From assembly GCF_030684315.1 (NCBI RefSeq), contig NC_081396.1:2046001-2110000 (forward strand): 64,000 nucleotides of DNA, read 5' to 3'. The notes beneath the pieces are model-generated. The model was not told the DNA's origin, did no database searches, and saw nothing but the letters and a program-made list of their open reading frames with translations. Every line of letters starts with the position of its first letter. The stretch's first letter is position 1. This DNA comes from Stegostoma tigrinum. Its lineage: Eukaryota. This document shows, piece after piece, positions 14,201 through 26,967 of this stretch. The translations under genes and the position numbers were made by a program.

Positions 14201-14989
14201 TCCCCTTCTTATTAACTGTGAAAATCATTTGAAACAGAAGATCATCAGAGAAAGAACATTCAAAATCACACTGACAGTTAAAAATCACAGGCTTGAAAGA
14301 ATCTGATAATTTCTGGGATCAATGCGAAGAAAATGTGGACCAGAAAACATGCCATATTTTCATTGAATCCTGACTGTTTCACAAAAAAAATCGAGTAAGG
14401 GGATTTGTCATCCAGTCTGAGTCTAAGCAGCACTCTCGCATCTGCACACCAGAGAAAGATGGGTGAGACAAATGGATTACGAGGGGTTTTTTTTTATATA
14501 TTTCTACAACAGCACCAGAAATTTGATAGAATCACCCAAAGCCTCCGCCTCCATCACCTGGAAGAAACAAGGCAGCAGATGTCACACGTTTCCTTCCAAC
14601 TCACATACTGTACTGCCCTGTCCAATTTTCAGTTCCGGAGTGGCAGGAACATCCTACATTTTAATATATTTTGCTAGAAGCAACCACGAAGTTCTGAACA
14701 AAAATAGCTGGACGTTAAACGTTTGCTCTGCTTTCTCTGATCAGAGGTTGTCACATCTATTGAATTTCAAATCTCTAGATTTTTTGTTGTTCCTGTTGTT
14801 TTATTTTATGAAAATGGGATATTAATACTGATGATGTAGATAGAGATGAGTAGTGGGCAGAATGGTAAAGCTGGCGCAAAAGGGAGCAATAAAATAAACT
14901 GAGCCGGGTAAACAACTGTTGATAGTGATTCAGGGAAGAAAATAAGCTATTTCGATGAATTGCGGGCTATAAATGTTTGAAAATGGAAT

Positions 14990-15150
14990 GGCTCATTGCT
15001 CTGATGTTTGGCTAAAGCCTTGTCCAGACAAGCAACGCATGTACAGTTTCGCCCCGCTGAGCGTGGTGCTTTTTCCTTCCATTTTCAAAACTGATCATAT
15101 TCCATTGGTGATATATTGAACGACTCCATCGGTCATAAATCCTGATTCTC
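14990..15150 (-). pseudogene. 5' fragment of a second C2H2 ZNF exon
   Basis: MEGKSTTLSGAKLYMRCLSGQGFSQTS, a decayed shark ZNF start; paralog at ~49755-49910. Confidence 0.6.
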
Positions 15151-15318
15151 TGAACAGGAATCAAATCTAGCAGCAAGAACGCCAAACTGTAACCAGTGGA
15201 CCTCCAGTGAAGACAGGAGAGCGCACGCCGTTTCTCAATATTTTTGCATATTCTTTTTACAATTTTAGAGCATGTTAAACAGAGACAAGCTTCACCGACA
15301 AAACTATTACAGAATCAA

Positions 15319-15743
15319 GCTTTTTGTTTGTTTGTTTTCAGCACGGAAAGAGCCCTTCAGCACAGAGTCAATGTTTGTGATTCAGTGGTTCTTCTTCAGA
15401 ATTGGCTGCGAAGATACAATGGCAGACAAAACACTTTCATCACATGATCTTGTCTGCAGGCTCCAGACAGAACGGATGTCCTTTGTACAATAAATAAAAG
15501 CTCGTCTACAGTGAAGAAAAATACGTTTTCCACTGCTCTCCTCTCCGTTTTACTCACCCATTTCTTACTCATCACTCTGCAATTTATACTGCCTCAACTC
15601 GTTCTTCAGCAAGCGTGTTGTTACATGATCTTAACAACCGGGATGATATATGGACCCAGAGTCTCTCAGCTCTGTAAGAATACAGACAGTGTATAATTAC
15701 CTGATCCAGAGAACAGGCATAATACAATGGATACAGAGCTCAT
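15319..15743 (-). pseudogene. Decayed L-V gene (leader exon intact, V exon ruined)
   Basis: Leader MSSVSIVLCLFSGS-G|GTAATT (15743-15701), acceptor TTGCAG at ~15578, relic LHC..FIY(W)YKGHP..CAE, nonamer-like ACAAAAAGC (15327-15319). No heptamer. Confidence 0.45.
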
Positions 15744-17794
15744 TTCTTCTCAGCTCTGTTGTGGTAATCTGTCTCTTATGACTTACAATAGTGTAGCCTA
15801 TTACACTCCGTCAGTGATCAGAAATCACTGAACAACAACCGAAAGAGTAGAGTATTAGAATATGTTTCAGAGTTTCACAAGGTCGTCATGGCATATTGAA
15901 TTACGTGACAAAATAACTTGGCCAAAGCGATCGATTACAATGAGTGTTTTCAAGGAGGGAACTAAAACAAATCAGTTGTTTCAAAAATATTTCCGGAGGA
16001 AATTCTAGATTTTAGCGTCCAGATAGCTGAAGGCACGATCACCCATGGTATCATGTTAAATATTGGGGATGACGGGTATCTGGGAATGGAGCTCGATGCA
16101 CAAGACTCAATAGTACAATGTGCTGCTGATACGGGAGATATGAAATAATGATATTGAACTGTTGGCGAGATTCAGCAGGTCTGTCAGCATTGGTAGAACA
16201 CCTTCCAAAGGAGCATCATTGGAATTGGAACATTAACTGCTTACTGTCTTTATTTTCCTGTCAATGCTGTGTGGACTCTCCAACACTTCTTGGTTTAATA
16301 AACATCTTTAAAAATTCCTGGTTATTTATAGGATACAAAGTAAGCGCAGCCGAATCTTTCTGCTTTGGACTGGGATTAACTTTAAGATGCTTAAAATCCT
16401 CTGGATCTCATTATTATAACCATAACAAGCTTTAGCAGTGGTGTAGCGAGAAAATTGAGAAAGATAAGCAACAGAGGTGGGAGAGCAATGATGTTTCATT
16501 GGACTGATTGTTGGACTCGTCGAATTGTCCCTAGGGATGTCTCGGGCTGTGCTCACTACAGTTATGGAAAAATGGGAATAAACTCGTCAAACACAGAAAT
16601 TCGCTCGAGGGTTCAACTCACACAACCGTCAGAAAAGGCTGTTGCAGATTTTTTTTTCGTTACCTCTGTGCAAAATTTTGTTTGTCATCTAAATAATATG
16701 TGTTCACCGCAGCATTCTCACTGGACTATATCATCTTTTAATCCAGTCCTCAGTTCCAAGACTGAATGAAACCACCAGGTCGGCTGTTCGTCTTTCTTCA
16801 TCAGAAGTTTGACCGAGTTCCCACTAGCTGCTCAGCAGTAAGTAATCACCAACAAGGTTGAAGTAGCAAAAGGATGGGACATGGCAGGAGGAAGAGAGAG
16901 TGGTAGTGGGGATCGTGGAGTCAGGAAGGTTGTTGTCGGTTCTTCTAGCATTACAGCTCCATATTCTTTGTTAAAATAATATATCAAATAGAATCAGGAA
17001 AGGATGGCTGCAGGGATCACTGACAGAACACGTCGCCAACTTCAGGCCCATTCCTGCGTATTGAGAAAATGTGGGAGCGGGTTGCAAAACCAGAGAACAG
17101 AGCTGGTGAAATGACATACCACTGCAAAAACCTGAACATGGAGGGGTTTACTGCAAACAGGTTGAGCTCTACTTATATCTGAACATGGCGGGATTGCTGA
17201 GTGTGACACCGAGCACAGAAGGATTTGAAAATAAAACTGAATGTAATGTGAATGAAAGCCACAGTGACTAGGAGTACGTATATGTTATGCGAAAACCTGA
17301 CTATCCTGAGGATTACATACACAGTGACACAGAGCACGGAGAAGGAGCTAAACGAAATCATAGTTTCAGAACTTTGTAGAGCTTGACTCTGATCCAAGGG
17401 TTGGGGTGGGATAAGCAGGATGATTTATCGCCATGATCTGCTCGATTAAATGGTATTGAGATTTTATCAAAGCAGACCTCATGGAGGAAATATGTTATTC
17501 ACAAGAAGAATTCTAGTTTTCACACAAACCAGCGTTTGTGTAGCCTGCTGCAGCGTTACACACTGTCAATGGAAAATCAATCAGTCAAGGAAATGGCATT
17601 TTTTTGGCACAAAAGGTGGATTCATCAATAACTTGTGTATTCTAATTGGAGAAGTATTGTAAAAGGGAAAGTGTGTGTTTGGACTATAGGGAAACGGCAA
17701 GGGTCAGGGACTGAACAATTTCCACATTCATTGTGGTCAGGGAGGTGGTGGACATGCAAAGTGAAAAACATTCCTCAGTGTTGTATGTACATGT

Positions 17795-19640
17795 ACCACA
17801 TAGAAAAGTACAAAACAGAACGGGCCTTTAGGCCCACGATGTTGCATCAAACATAACTCAAAATGAAACATGCTTTTCTGCCGGCCACTGGTCGACAACC
17901 CTCCATTCATTGCATATTCATATGCTAATCAAACAAAATCCCCGAATTGTCATTACATTATCTGTCTCATTTACCACCCCTGGTATTATGTTCCAGGCTC
18001 CTAGCACCCTCAAAGAAAATGCCACTCGCATCTGCATTGAACTATCTCCTCTCATCTTAATGCCCCCTAGTGTTATATATTTTAACTCTGAGAAGTAGAT
18101 TCTGATCTTCAACCCGATCTATGCATCTCATAATTTTGTAGATTTCTATCGAGTCGCCCCTCAGCCTTTTGCACTCAAGAGAAAACAAGCCGAGTTTGTT
18201 ATGCCTTCTCCTTATTACTCATCCTCTCTAATGCAATAGCATCATGGTGAACCTCTTCTGCACCCTCTGCAAAGCCTGTACACCCTGTCTGTAATGTGAC
18301 AACCAGAATTGAATGCTATATGTGCCCAAAACAATGTCTTTCAAAGCTGCAACATGACATTCTGACTCTTGGATTCATTTCCCAGTCCAAAGAAAGGCAA
18401 GAATGCCGCACACCTTCTTTACCACCCTATCTATTTGCGTGGCCACTTTCAGTAGGCGAGAAACTTGAAATCCTAGTTCCTTCTGTAGACAGATGTTGCC
18501 CAGAGTCATACCATTACCTGCATACTACTCCTTAACATTTGATCTTCCAAACTTCAGAGCTTCACATCTACTAGCTAAAACTCCATCCGGCATTTTCTCT
18601 GTGCATATCTGCAACTGGTATATATTCTGCTGAGTCCTTTGACAGACTTCTACACTATCTACAACTCCAAAAAACTGACGAACCCACAACAACCAGAATT
18701 TTCGTCTCAGTCCTTTAACTAATACATTTATGAATATAATATATAACTAATACATTACATCCACATTTACATCTGAGTCATTTAAATATATTGCAAACAG
18801 CAGATGTCCCACTGTGGATCACCACACAATACTATTCGCCACTGACCTCCAAACTGAAAAGTATTCTTCCAAATCTACGCTGCCCTTTCAATGGGCAAGC
18901 CTATTCTGAATTCAAGTGACCGAGCATCTTGATTTCCTTTATGAGACAGCATGAGTGACTTTCTTGAAAGCCTTAACAAAATCCATGCTCCATTCACTGC
19001 TCGACCTTCATCGATCACCTTTGTAGCCTCCTCGAAAAATTCAATTCAGATATGACCTGCCCTGCTCAAAGTTATGCTGATTGCTTCTAATTCGACATGT
19101 TTTTTTAACAAATGTGTTTAAGTCCTATCCGTTAGAATTTTCCCAATATCTATTCCACCACCAATGTGAGACACACTGGCTTGCAGTTTCATGGATTGTC
19201 TTTCTATCCATTATTTAACAGAGAAGCAATAGTACCTAATCTCCAGAAATATGGGGCTTCTCCATTGGCTATCAAGGATATAAGGATCGTAGTTTAGGTC
19301 CCTGAAATCTCCCTTTGCCTCTTTAAAAGCCTGAGGCAGGTACTGTCAGACCCTGGGGACTTATCTAACTTAATGCTCTTCAAGATATTCAACACCACAT
19401 CTTCCTTGATCTCAAAATATCGTGGCATATGTGTCTGCTTCACATTCTCAATATCTTTTTCCAGGATGAATACGGGTGCAAAGTACATATTTCTGATGTC
19501 ATCCAAACCCTCTGCCTCCATACACAACTTCCCTCTTTTATCCTTGAGTGGAGTTAAATTCTCCCTCGGAACTTCTTTTTCTGAATGTGGCTATGGGATA
19601 ACTTCGGATTCTTTTTAACTCTATTTATCAATATGAAATC
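17795..19640 (-). mobile_element. CR1 LINE 3' half, decayed
   Basis: YFAPVFILEKD..VLNILKSIKLDKSPGSD.. and the CR1 3' end ..FSLRVLGAWN.. near 17950; paralog at 57200-59030. Confidence 0.8.
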
Positions 19641-20644
19641 TTGATTTTTTTTCTAGTCATTTCTTTCAGAAAGAGAAATGCAAAAATATATTCCAACATC
19701 AATGACACATATGGCTTTCCAATCTATTTTTCCGAACGTAGTCCACGTGCATTCTATCACTGGTCCCAGGAAGCTCCAGGCCCAGATTTTTCTGAACTTT
19801 ATGTAATACTCAATCTTCTGAACAGGCACAGACAATTTGCTGATTTTGACAGCACCAGTGTTTATACATCTCATATAACCCAGCATTCCTTTCTCAATCC
19901 TGTTGTTTGCCTGTTCCACCCACTTCTTGTGTCAGTGGTTCTATTCTGTTGAAATGTGTTTTTTCATAATTAGATTTGTCTTAAAATATCCGCCTATTCG
20001 TTTTGTAATAATTGATTGATACATCTTGTCGTGGAGTCACACATAAGTAGGATTTTTTTTAAAAAATTCATTGCACTTAAGCCGTGCATCATTTAAAATA
20101 TTTTTATTCAGTAACCTCCTGGCTCTACGTTTTCTGGAGAAGAGAGATACAAACTGTTCAGACGCTTTCAGGATATTAATGTTTGCTGGAAACTCTTTCA
20201 GCCACAGTGTGCACCATCGTTGATCATGTATGATCATGTAAAAATTAAAATCTCTGAAGGACGTTCTGCCCCCAAGCCGGGTCTGCCATTGTGTATAATG
20301 GTGCCTGATCCTCCCATTGCTGATTGAAAATCCCAATTTACCCGGATGAGTAGCTGTTCAAAAATGCACAAGAAATTCGATTTCTTCTAGAAAATCGACC
20401 AGGTTGTTATGCAAAGCATCCAGAAATGTTCACTCCCTGCGGAAGAGATACTCAATAGCAGAAGTGTGCACCATCTACAGGATGCACTGTGTAAACATGT
20501 AAAACTGGAACACGAGTGAAATTCTCCTGGCTTATGAAAAAATTTTGTTTATTGTTGAAACAAATGATAACTATTTGAATTGCAGAAGTGGCTCCGTGTT
20601 AGTAAGTTACTAGTCCTCATTGTTACTTTACTTATGCCTGTCAC

Positions 20645-21046
20645 CTTGATACATGATTACATCTGTGCCTCCAATAGTGTTTTCCCAGGTAAGTGCTACT
20701 TTACAAGCAATATCCCCTTCGCTGTGAAGTTTTCTTACTGGAGCTAAATATAATGTCAGCTTTACCACTTTGAATGGGGCCCGGTCTGGTACTCTATCTA
20801 ACTTCTTATGCATATAACTGCGCTTTTTCTCTTAATGTTTCACCAGCACATGATTCCCACTCGTTGAGTCGGTGCCCCCTGAAACAACACAATGATCACG
20901 CAAGTAATAAATGATCAAGATCCTATTAATGGCTGCATAACAATTGATTCTAATTGCACTGATTGCCGAATCTGATCCTGTCTCTGTGTGCATTATACCT
21001 TGTGGATTTCTGCAGTTATAACTGAATTTATAACTATTTATTTCAT
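20645..21046 (-). pseudogene. Possible leader plus Ig-like (V-J-type) exon relic
   Basis: Leader-like exon 21046-20999 (MK*IVINSVITAEIH, AAG|GT), 120-nt intron, 234-nt phase-1/1 exon 20878-20645 (TTTCAG|..CAAG|GTGA) reading ..RVPDRAP..LTLYLAPVRKLHSEGDIACKV..TIGGTDVIM. It has an internal TAA and lacks the first Cys and Trp. Confidence 0.3.
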
Positions 21047-22117
21047 GAGGCTGGAGGCTGAGCCAGCTGGCACGATGACAGCTGTGTCATTGGTTGTGCT
21101 GAACCTCGCTTCACCAATTGTGTCTTTTTCGTTTTGTTGATATTACGTACGCTCTATCTCTGTTAACAATAAGCCACAACATGACTCTGTTCTTTTGAAC
21201 CAAAATATATCTTAGTTGTTGTTTCTCTCGGCTGTGTCAATGGCATTAATTGTTGCTGAAATGTTACAAACCTCTTTTGACTTTTCACAAATTCTGTCCT
21301 TGTGAACATTGCAGATGATTTTATCGCATTTGCTACAGCAACAGATGATGAACGTTTCTGCAATACATTACCCAAGCCTATGTTGCTGAAAAACTTGGAA
21401 CTATATTTTTGAGCCATCTTCGAGACATTAATTTCCCTATAATATTTAATATTATATTAAATATTGACAATGGTCAACTGTTCCTGCAACAGAAGCTCTG
21501 AACAGGAGCTTTACCACTTGCATGGCCTTCCTGCACTTCCGATTGATCTAATCAAATGAAGGATATTTTTCAGATTCACCTTGGTCAAAGTTTGCATTTG
21601 AGAGTCACCACCACATTTACCTCCCATGTTTGATCATTGCATTCTCCAATAGATCAACCGAAAATTTATGGAATTGTTTGAGCAGTTTCTTCGTATCAGG
21701 CACTAGAATATAAACGAATAAACACAATGGATGAAGCACATTGACTCTGAAAACAAATATTAAACTGAGAAATAGGACATATGAGAAATGGGGAAAAAAG
21801 GTCTAATGATGGGGACCCTGTTTTATGTTTTCCATCGGTGGATTTAATTGACAAAGACTGAAGGTCGTGTTCTGGGAAGCTGGACGAACAAAGAAATTAA
21901 AACAAGGTTGCCACAAAAGTGAAATTTAATCATTTATTTTCGTGGAAGGCATGAAGCTGTGAGTTAATCTGCTTGTGCAGTGAAATGTCAGTAAAAAACA
22001 GATTGTGCCTTAATTGTCCCTCTTGAGATTATCGCTCAAAATAAATGAACTCCCATTTGAAAGTGCCACAGAGGAGACTTCCACAGCAACAACAGCCCCA
22101 ACAGTTTATGAAAGACG

Positions 22118-24514
22118 ATGCATGAACCAGTCATTGCCCCCTTCTTTGTCATTTGTTACTTAATTCTCGCTGTGTTTGGTGCCCCTGGTAAGGCTCTCAT
22201 GCTTAAGAAAATTATTTTCGTAATTGTGTATTTCCAGAAATATATTCTTTCCTTTCAGGATTTGGCAGAACTTTTGCAACATGCAGCACTTCCATTTTAA
22301 GGGAGTACAACTGGTCTCTAGTGTGTATAATACATTATGGGATATTATCCGAACTATGGCAAATCATCACGCATTACTTAAAACTTCATTCTTATGAAAG
22401 CCAATGTGTTCTTGAATTTCAGATTTTCTGTGTTGATAGCGCGTCTCTTAGACACTGAACGACGAATTGTGATGATTGACTCTGCACGAAGATGAAGATG
22501 CACTCTTGTCATAGCACAAATTGCATTCCAAATAAGCAAAATCAAACCTGGCGTCTTAGTCCATTGTAGGATTAATAGTTTATCAGAATGTAGCAAAATC
22601 TCATTCTGGACTTGTTTCATTGCAATATCTGGAGATGTCTTATTTTGGTAGAATGTAATGAGGTGTTTGTCACATTAATACACATTCAGTGATTGCATGA
22701 ATCGACAGGACGTGCTCCGGAAGGACTATATAGTATAGAGTTCGCAATAATGGTGCCATTGTTAATTTCGTTGGAGGAATTACTTAGAGTTTTGTCTCAA
22801 AGTGTGAATATGCAAATTGTTTAAGCTCTCATTAATTGGCTTCTCTATTGCAAGGTCTCACGTATTTTACATCATAATATTTTTGAAATATAATTATCGA
22901 GAAAAATTGTTTCAGAATTATGAGGAGGAGCAATTGCACAGCGTCTCATAGCATGTCACTTTATGTAGCAAACATCAGAACAACATTAGTGAACCAATGT
23001 AATCCGAAGAAGAATGAGATACTGCAAAAAAAAATGAAAGGGACTTCTGAAAGAAGGGGACAGAAGTAGAACCGCTGAGTGGAGAATTCCAGTGATTTGG
23101 GCTTCACTACTTAATTTGTAACTGACAGAGTTAAACGTATCAATTTGAGGGATTCACTAAAGGCGTAACCAAAGTTAACAATAGATTTCAGACAGTTGTA
23201 TGACGCTGCAGGAACATATGTGGCGACAGTATGGAGCAGGTGAAAATTTGACGGACAATATTGTAAAGGGTGTGACACCATTATCAAAGAGCCAACGTTA
23301 GTGAAAGATTATGCGTGACAGTTTATCTGGGCTTCACATGATTAGGTTCATGAGCACCACATTATTCCGTTCATTCTAAGTGAAGAATGTGGCTCTGCAA
23401 ATATTCTAAGTGATGAAAGAGCAATGTTAATGCTTGGGGTTTATCGCATTGAAAGAGTTTTGAGACTTCTTTGGTTGTCAACCACTTGTCAGTTGTTACA
23501 AAATAGGCAGAGACTTGAAGTGGCAAGGGGATGGGTGAAAATTGTTTCATAAAAGATTGTATAAAGGGGCTTTGGAACAAGTTTCACAATATCTTTCTCT
23601 TTTGATCTCTCACAGCCAACTTGCTGGCCATCATAATCCTATCTCGAGGACGGTGTGGTCTCTCTCAGTGCATCACCTTCTATCTGGTGGCGATTGCCGT
23701 GGCTGATTTTCTGGTCATCACCATTGCAGTCATCTTCAACCGAATCAGCCGCATCTACTTCCGAGAAAGTGTTTTGTCTACCACTCCTGTGTGCACTTTC
23801 AGCGTTTTGCTGGCCTATGTCATTCGCGATTGTTCAGTATGGCTGACAGTCGCCTTCACCATTGACCGTTCTGTGGCCATCTGCTTCCAGAATTTGAAGA
23901 CCAGATACTGTACAGAGAAAACTGCATCTTTGGTCATCGGAATAATATGTGTCATGTGTTGCATCAAGAATACCCCATACTACTTTATCTATGAACCGTT
24001 ATACGTCTTAGATGGTGTATCCTGGTTTTGCAATATTAAAGCCAACTTCTACATTTGGCCAGCTTGGCAGGCTTATGACTGGCTCTTCCAGATCTACACT
24101 CCTTTTCTCCCATTCTTCGTCATTCTGATGCTTAATGCCCTGACAATAAAACAGATCCTAGCAGCCAACAGAGCTCGCAGAAGACTCCGAGGTGAAGAAA
24201 AGCAACAAGACCCAAAGATGGCCAACCGCAGGAGGTCCATTATTCTTCTGTTCTCCATCTCTCTTAGCTTTCTCCTCCTGTGGGCACCTCTTGTCGGACA
24301 TTTCATCTACATGCGGCTTAAAGCTGAGAGCTACTTTGGTGGCCTGGATTTCAGTGACCCGCAGTATATCTTCCAAGAGATGACCAACATTCTTCAGTTA
24401 CTAAGTTCCTGCAACAATGTCTTTATTTATGCAATATCTCAGAATATGTTTCGACAGGAGCTAAAGATCGTTCTGATATACCCCTTCATTGTCCTCATCA
24501 ATTGTTTTAAGTAG
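22118..24514 (+). CDS. GPR139/GPR142-like class A GPCR, two exons (22118-22187, 23616-24514), 322 aa, intact
   Basis: Exon 1 MHEPVIAPFFVICYLILAVFGAP-G|GTAAG; acceptor CTCTCACAG|CCAAC. Seven hydrophobic segments with motifs GxPAN, YLVAIAVAD, SVWLTVAFTIDRSVAIC, PF..ILMLN, SSCNNVFIY. AATAAA at 24522-24527. Confidence 0.9.
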
Positions 24515-25314
24515 TGAGGGGAATAAATCTCTCTTCATGTTGTTTCTTTTTCATTGGAATTTCACTGCATGCACTGGTCCCGTACATACCTGATGGAAAA
24601 ATTTGAAGGAAAATAAGCATGAGTACCAAAGTATACAATGACCATTATCCATGTCTGACAGTTCACTGTAATCTATCCTGAGAGAATGTGAAACGACTTC
24701 AAGTTCTTTATTTCCTGACAAGAGGCTAAATCGTGATCTGTGCCCACCCTCCCGCACCAACGCCACCCCCGCCAAACACTCCACTCCGACCTTACAGCTG
24801 CCATTCTACAATGGCCTCGTTTGGGTGGCATTTTCTTATATTCTTCAGTCACTATTTCAGTTCGATTTGCCTGTTTTCCATTGCTTAATAATTTATTGAC
24901 TCCCTTTCTTCAAGCCTTTCTTGGCCACTCTGTGCAATTCTGTCTCTCTTCATTTCTCAGAGCTATCGTTTCTGTCCTCAACAGCCCCTAATTTACAGCA
25001 GCCTGCAATGTCACATCATCTTCAAGAGAAACTAAAAACGAGTCTAACGTTTTGAATTCTGTCCTCAGGAACAAGTTCCACAATGGATTGCTGACTCTGT
25101 GTCTTTTACATTCATGATAATAAATCGTTAAATCTTCTTCCCCAGTTTCGGGATCGAAACTCTGTTTCTTCCTGCAGGTTTATCTGATTAAACAATCATA
25201 AATTCACAAACAAAGGCGAATGGCTGGAGAAACCTAATGTGTCTGGCAACATCTGTGTAGAGAAAATAATGTTAACATTTCTAGTGCACGGACCCGCCTT
25301 CAAAAATATGTGAG

Positions 25315-25420
25315 AGGGAATGGGAACTGCAGATGCTGGAAGGGTCTAGGCTGGAAACGTCAGCCTTTGTGCTCCTCAGATGCTACCTGGCCTGCTGTGT
25401 TCATCCAGCTCTACACTTTG
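25315..25420. mobile_element. Short Penelope terminal fragment with inverted junction
   Basis: GGGAACTGCAGATGCTGGA joined to AGGGTCTAGG..GAAACGTCAG..CATCCAGC, matching both ends of the 42983-44725 element. Confidence 0.6.
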
Positions 25421-25937
25421 TTGTTGTTGTTTCTTTTTTCAAAACTATGTTAGTTATGTACCTGCGTAAAGATAAACAGAAACTATGTTTTCTGTCAGAG
25501 TTTATCTCTTTATTTCATTTTTACATTTGAACATCACTGTTTGTCATTTTGTCTTTAACACACGTGAACGTTCTTAGTGAAGAAGTTGCATCTCTTCAAC
25601 ATGCATTCGGGTATCTTTGTATTTTACCGATGTTGACGATCTCTATTTTTAGTTCTAATGATTTTGAATTCCTTTGAAAGCATCTGTTTCAATTTAATTC
25701 ACCTTGGTAAGGAAATAATTCAAGGCAAGAATTCATCCTTTCAGATTGGGGCTCGTTTAAAATACAACTGAAATAGAAATACAAACGGTATTTCGTCCAA
25801 GGTTACCTGTTGCAAATGCTTCTCGTGCAAACCAAACGCTGACACTGCTTTTTTTGTTCCATACTCTGTCAAACGCGAGAATCATTCATTTGAATTCGAA
25901 ACCAACTGTACTGAGTTCTCCGATGTTCCGTCATCAC

Positions 25938-26143
25938 CACTGTGGGTCGATGGGAATTTTGTGACAATGTGAGGTGGAGAGTTGGATCACAGTGATTTGA
26001 CATTCACTGAGATGTTCACTGTCATTAAAACAGCATTCTGACTCAATGGCTTCCATCCATGATAAGCAATTCCTCACACTCCCAGTCGTCTTATTCTTAT
26101 TCTTTCTCCTCGACTGCACTTCTTCATTTTGATGCAGTTTATC
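25938..26143 (-). pseudogene. Decayed V relic with perfect heptamer
   Basis: Acceptor TAACAG; GERIRI..TTGSVRNCLSW..ITVIQLS..HC then CACAGTG (25944-25938). No nonamer. Confidence 0.35.
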
Positions 26144-26474
26144 CTGTTACACAGTCAATTTGTGATACCCCAACACCTACCATTGAGTGGTTAATGTGAT
26201 AACATCGCATTGATTTGCATGCTTCTATCAATTAAAGTCTTTTATCTGCAATTGATTCCGATACAGAGACTTTAATTGAGAGAAGTAAACTCTTATCTGC
26301 CGACACATGGGTATGCAGGCATTGCCCTGAGCTTTCTGCGCAGTTAGGAATTCAGGGTAAAGCTTTTGTAACTCCTTACCTTCTCACACATTGGTATGCG
26401 GGCACTGTCTTAAGTTTCCTGACTGAATTAAAATTAGAATCAAATTGTTTCAAATAGGGTTAGGTGGGAACATT

Positions 26475-26967
26475 TATAAAGGTGTGAAATTTCTAAAGCA
26501 TGTAACTTCTGTCGCTGACAATGGGGCCAGGGCACTGACTTTGTTCTAGCCAGACAAACTGGCAATTTGAAATCACAATCTGTCCCGGACAACAACTCGA
26601 AATTGCCTCCTGCCATAAGCAGCCACTTAACTAGCAATCGATACTATATCCTGGTCTTTTATGTTGTTGATGTAATAATTGCTTGGTATCATGTTTTTGT
26701 CTGTTGTAGTAATTGTTTTATGTATCATGCCATTGTAAATTGTGAAATCGTTTTATGTATCATGTCTTTTGTAAAGTATAAAAAGCGGGGACTGTCCGTT
26801 GCTCGGGGAGAATTACTTACGAGACTCTGCACTCTCTGCTGGTTTGAGTACAGTGATTCTCCACAGCTTGTTCTTGCTTGGTAATAAAGGGATTTGTGCT
26901 TTTCTAAATAGGTCAGCGTCTTATTATTGCAGCAAGTCTGTGAGGGTCTCCGAAAACGAACTTGACA
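26475..26967 (+). mobile_element. Solo LTR (493 bp) of the ERV family at 49915-55447
   Basis: TATAAAGG..CTTGACA, same length as and collinear with the reverse complement of 49915-50407. Flanks ACATT/CCATT give a 5-bp TSD with one mismatch. Internal TATAAAA and AATAAA. Confidence 0.9.

Noticed and set aside
21240-21365. CCCSKCDKIICNVH on the minus strand resembling a piggyBac Cys-rich tail
   Set aside because: No transposase core or terminal repeats; Cys residues are not kept in copy B.
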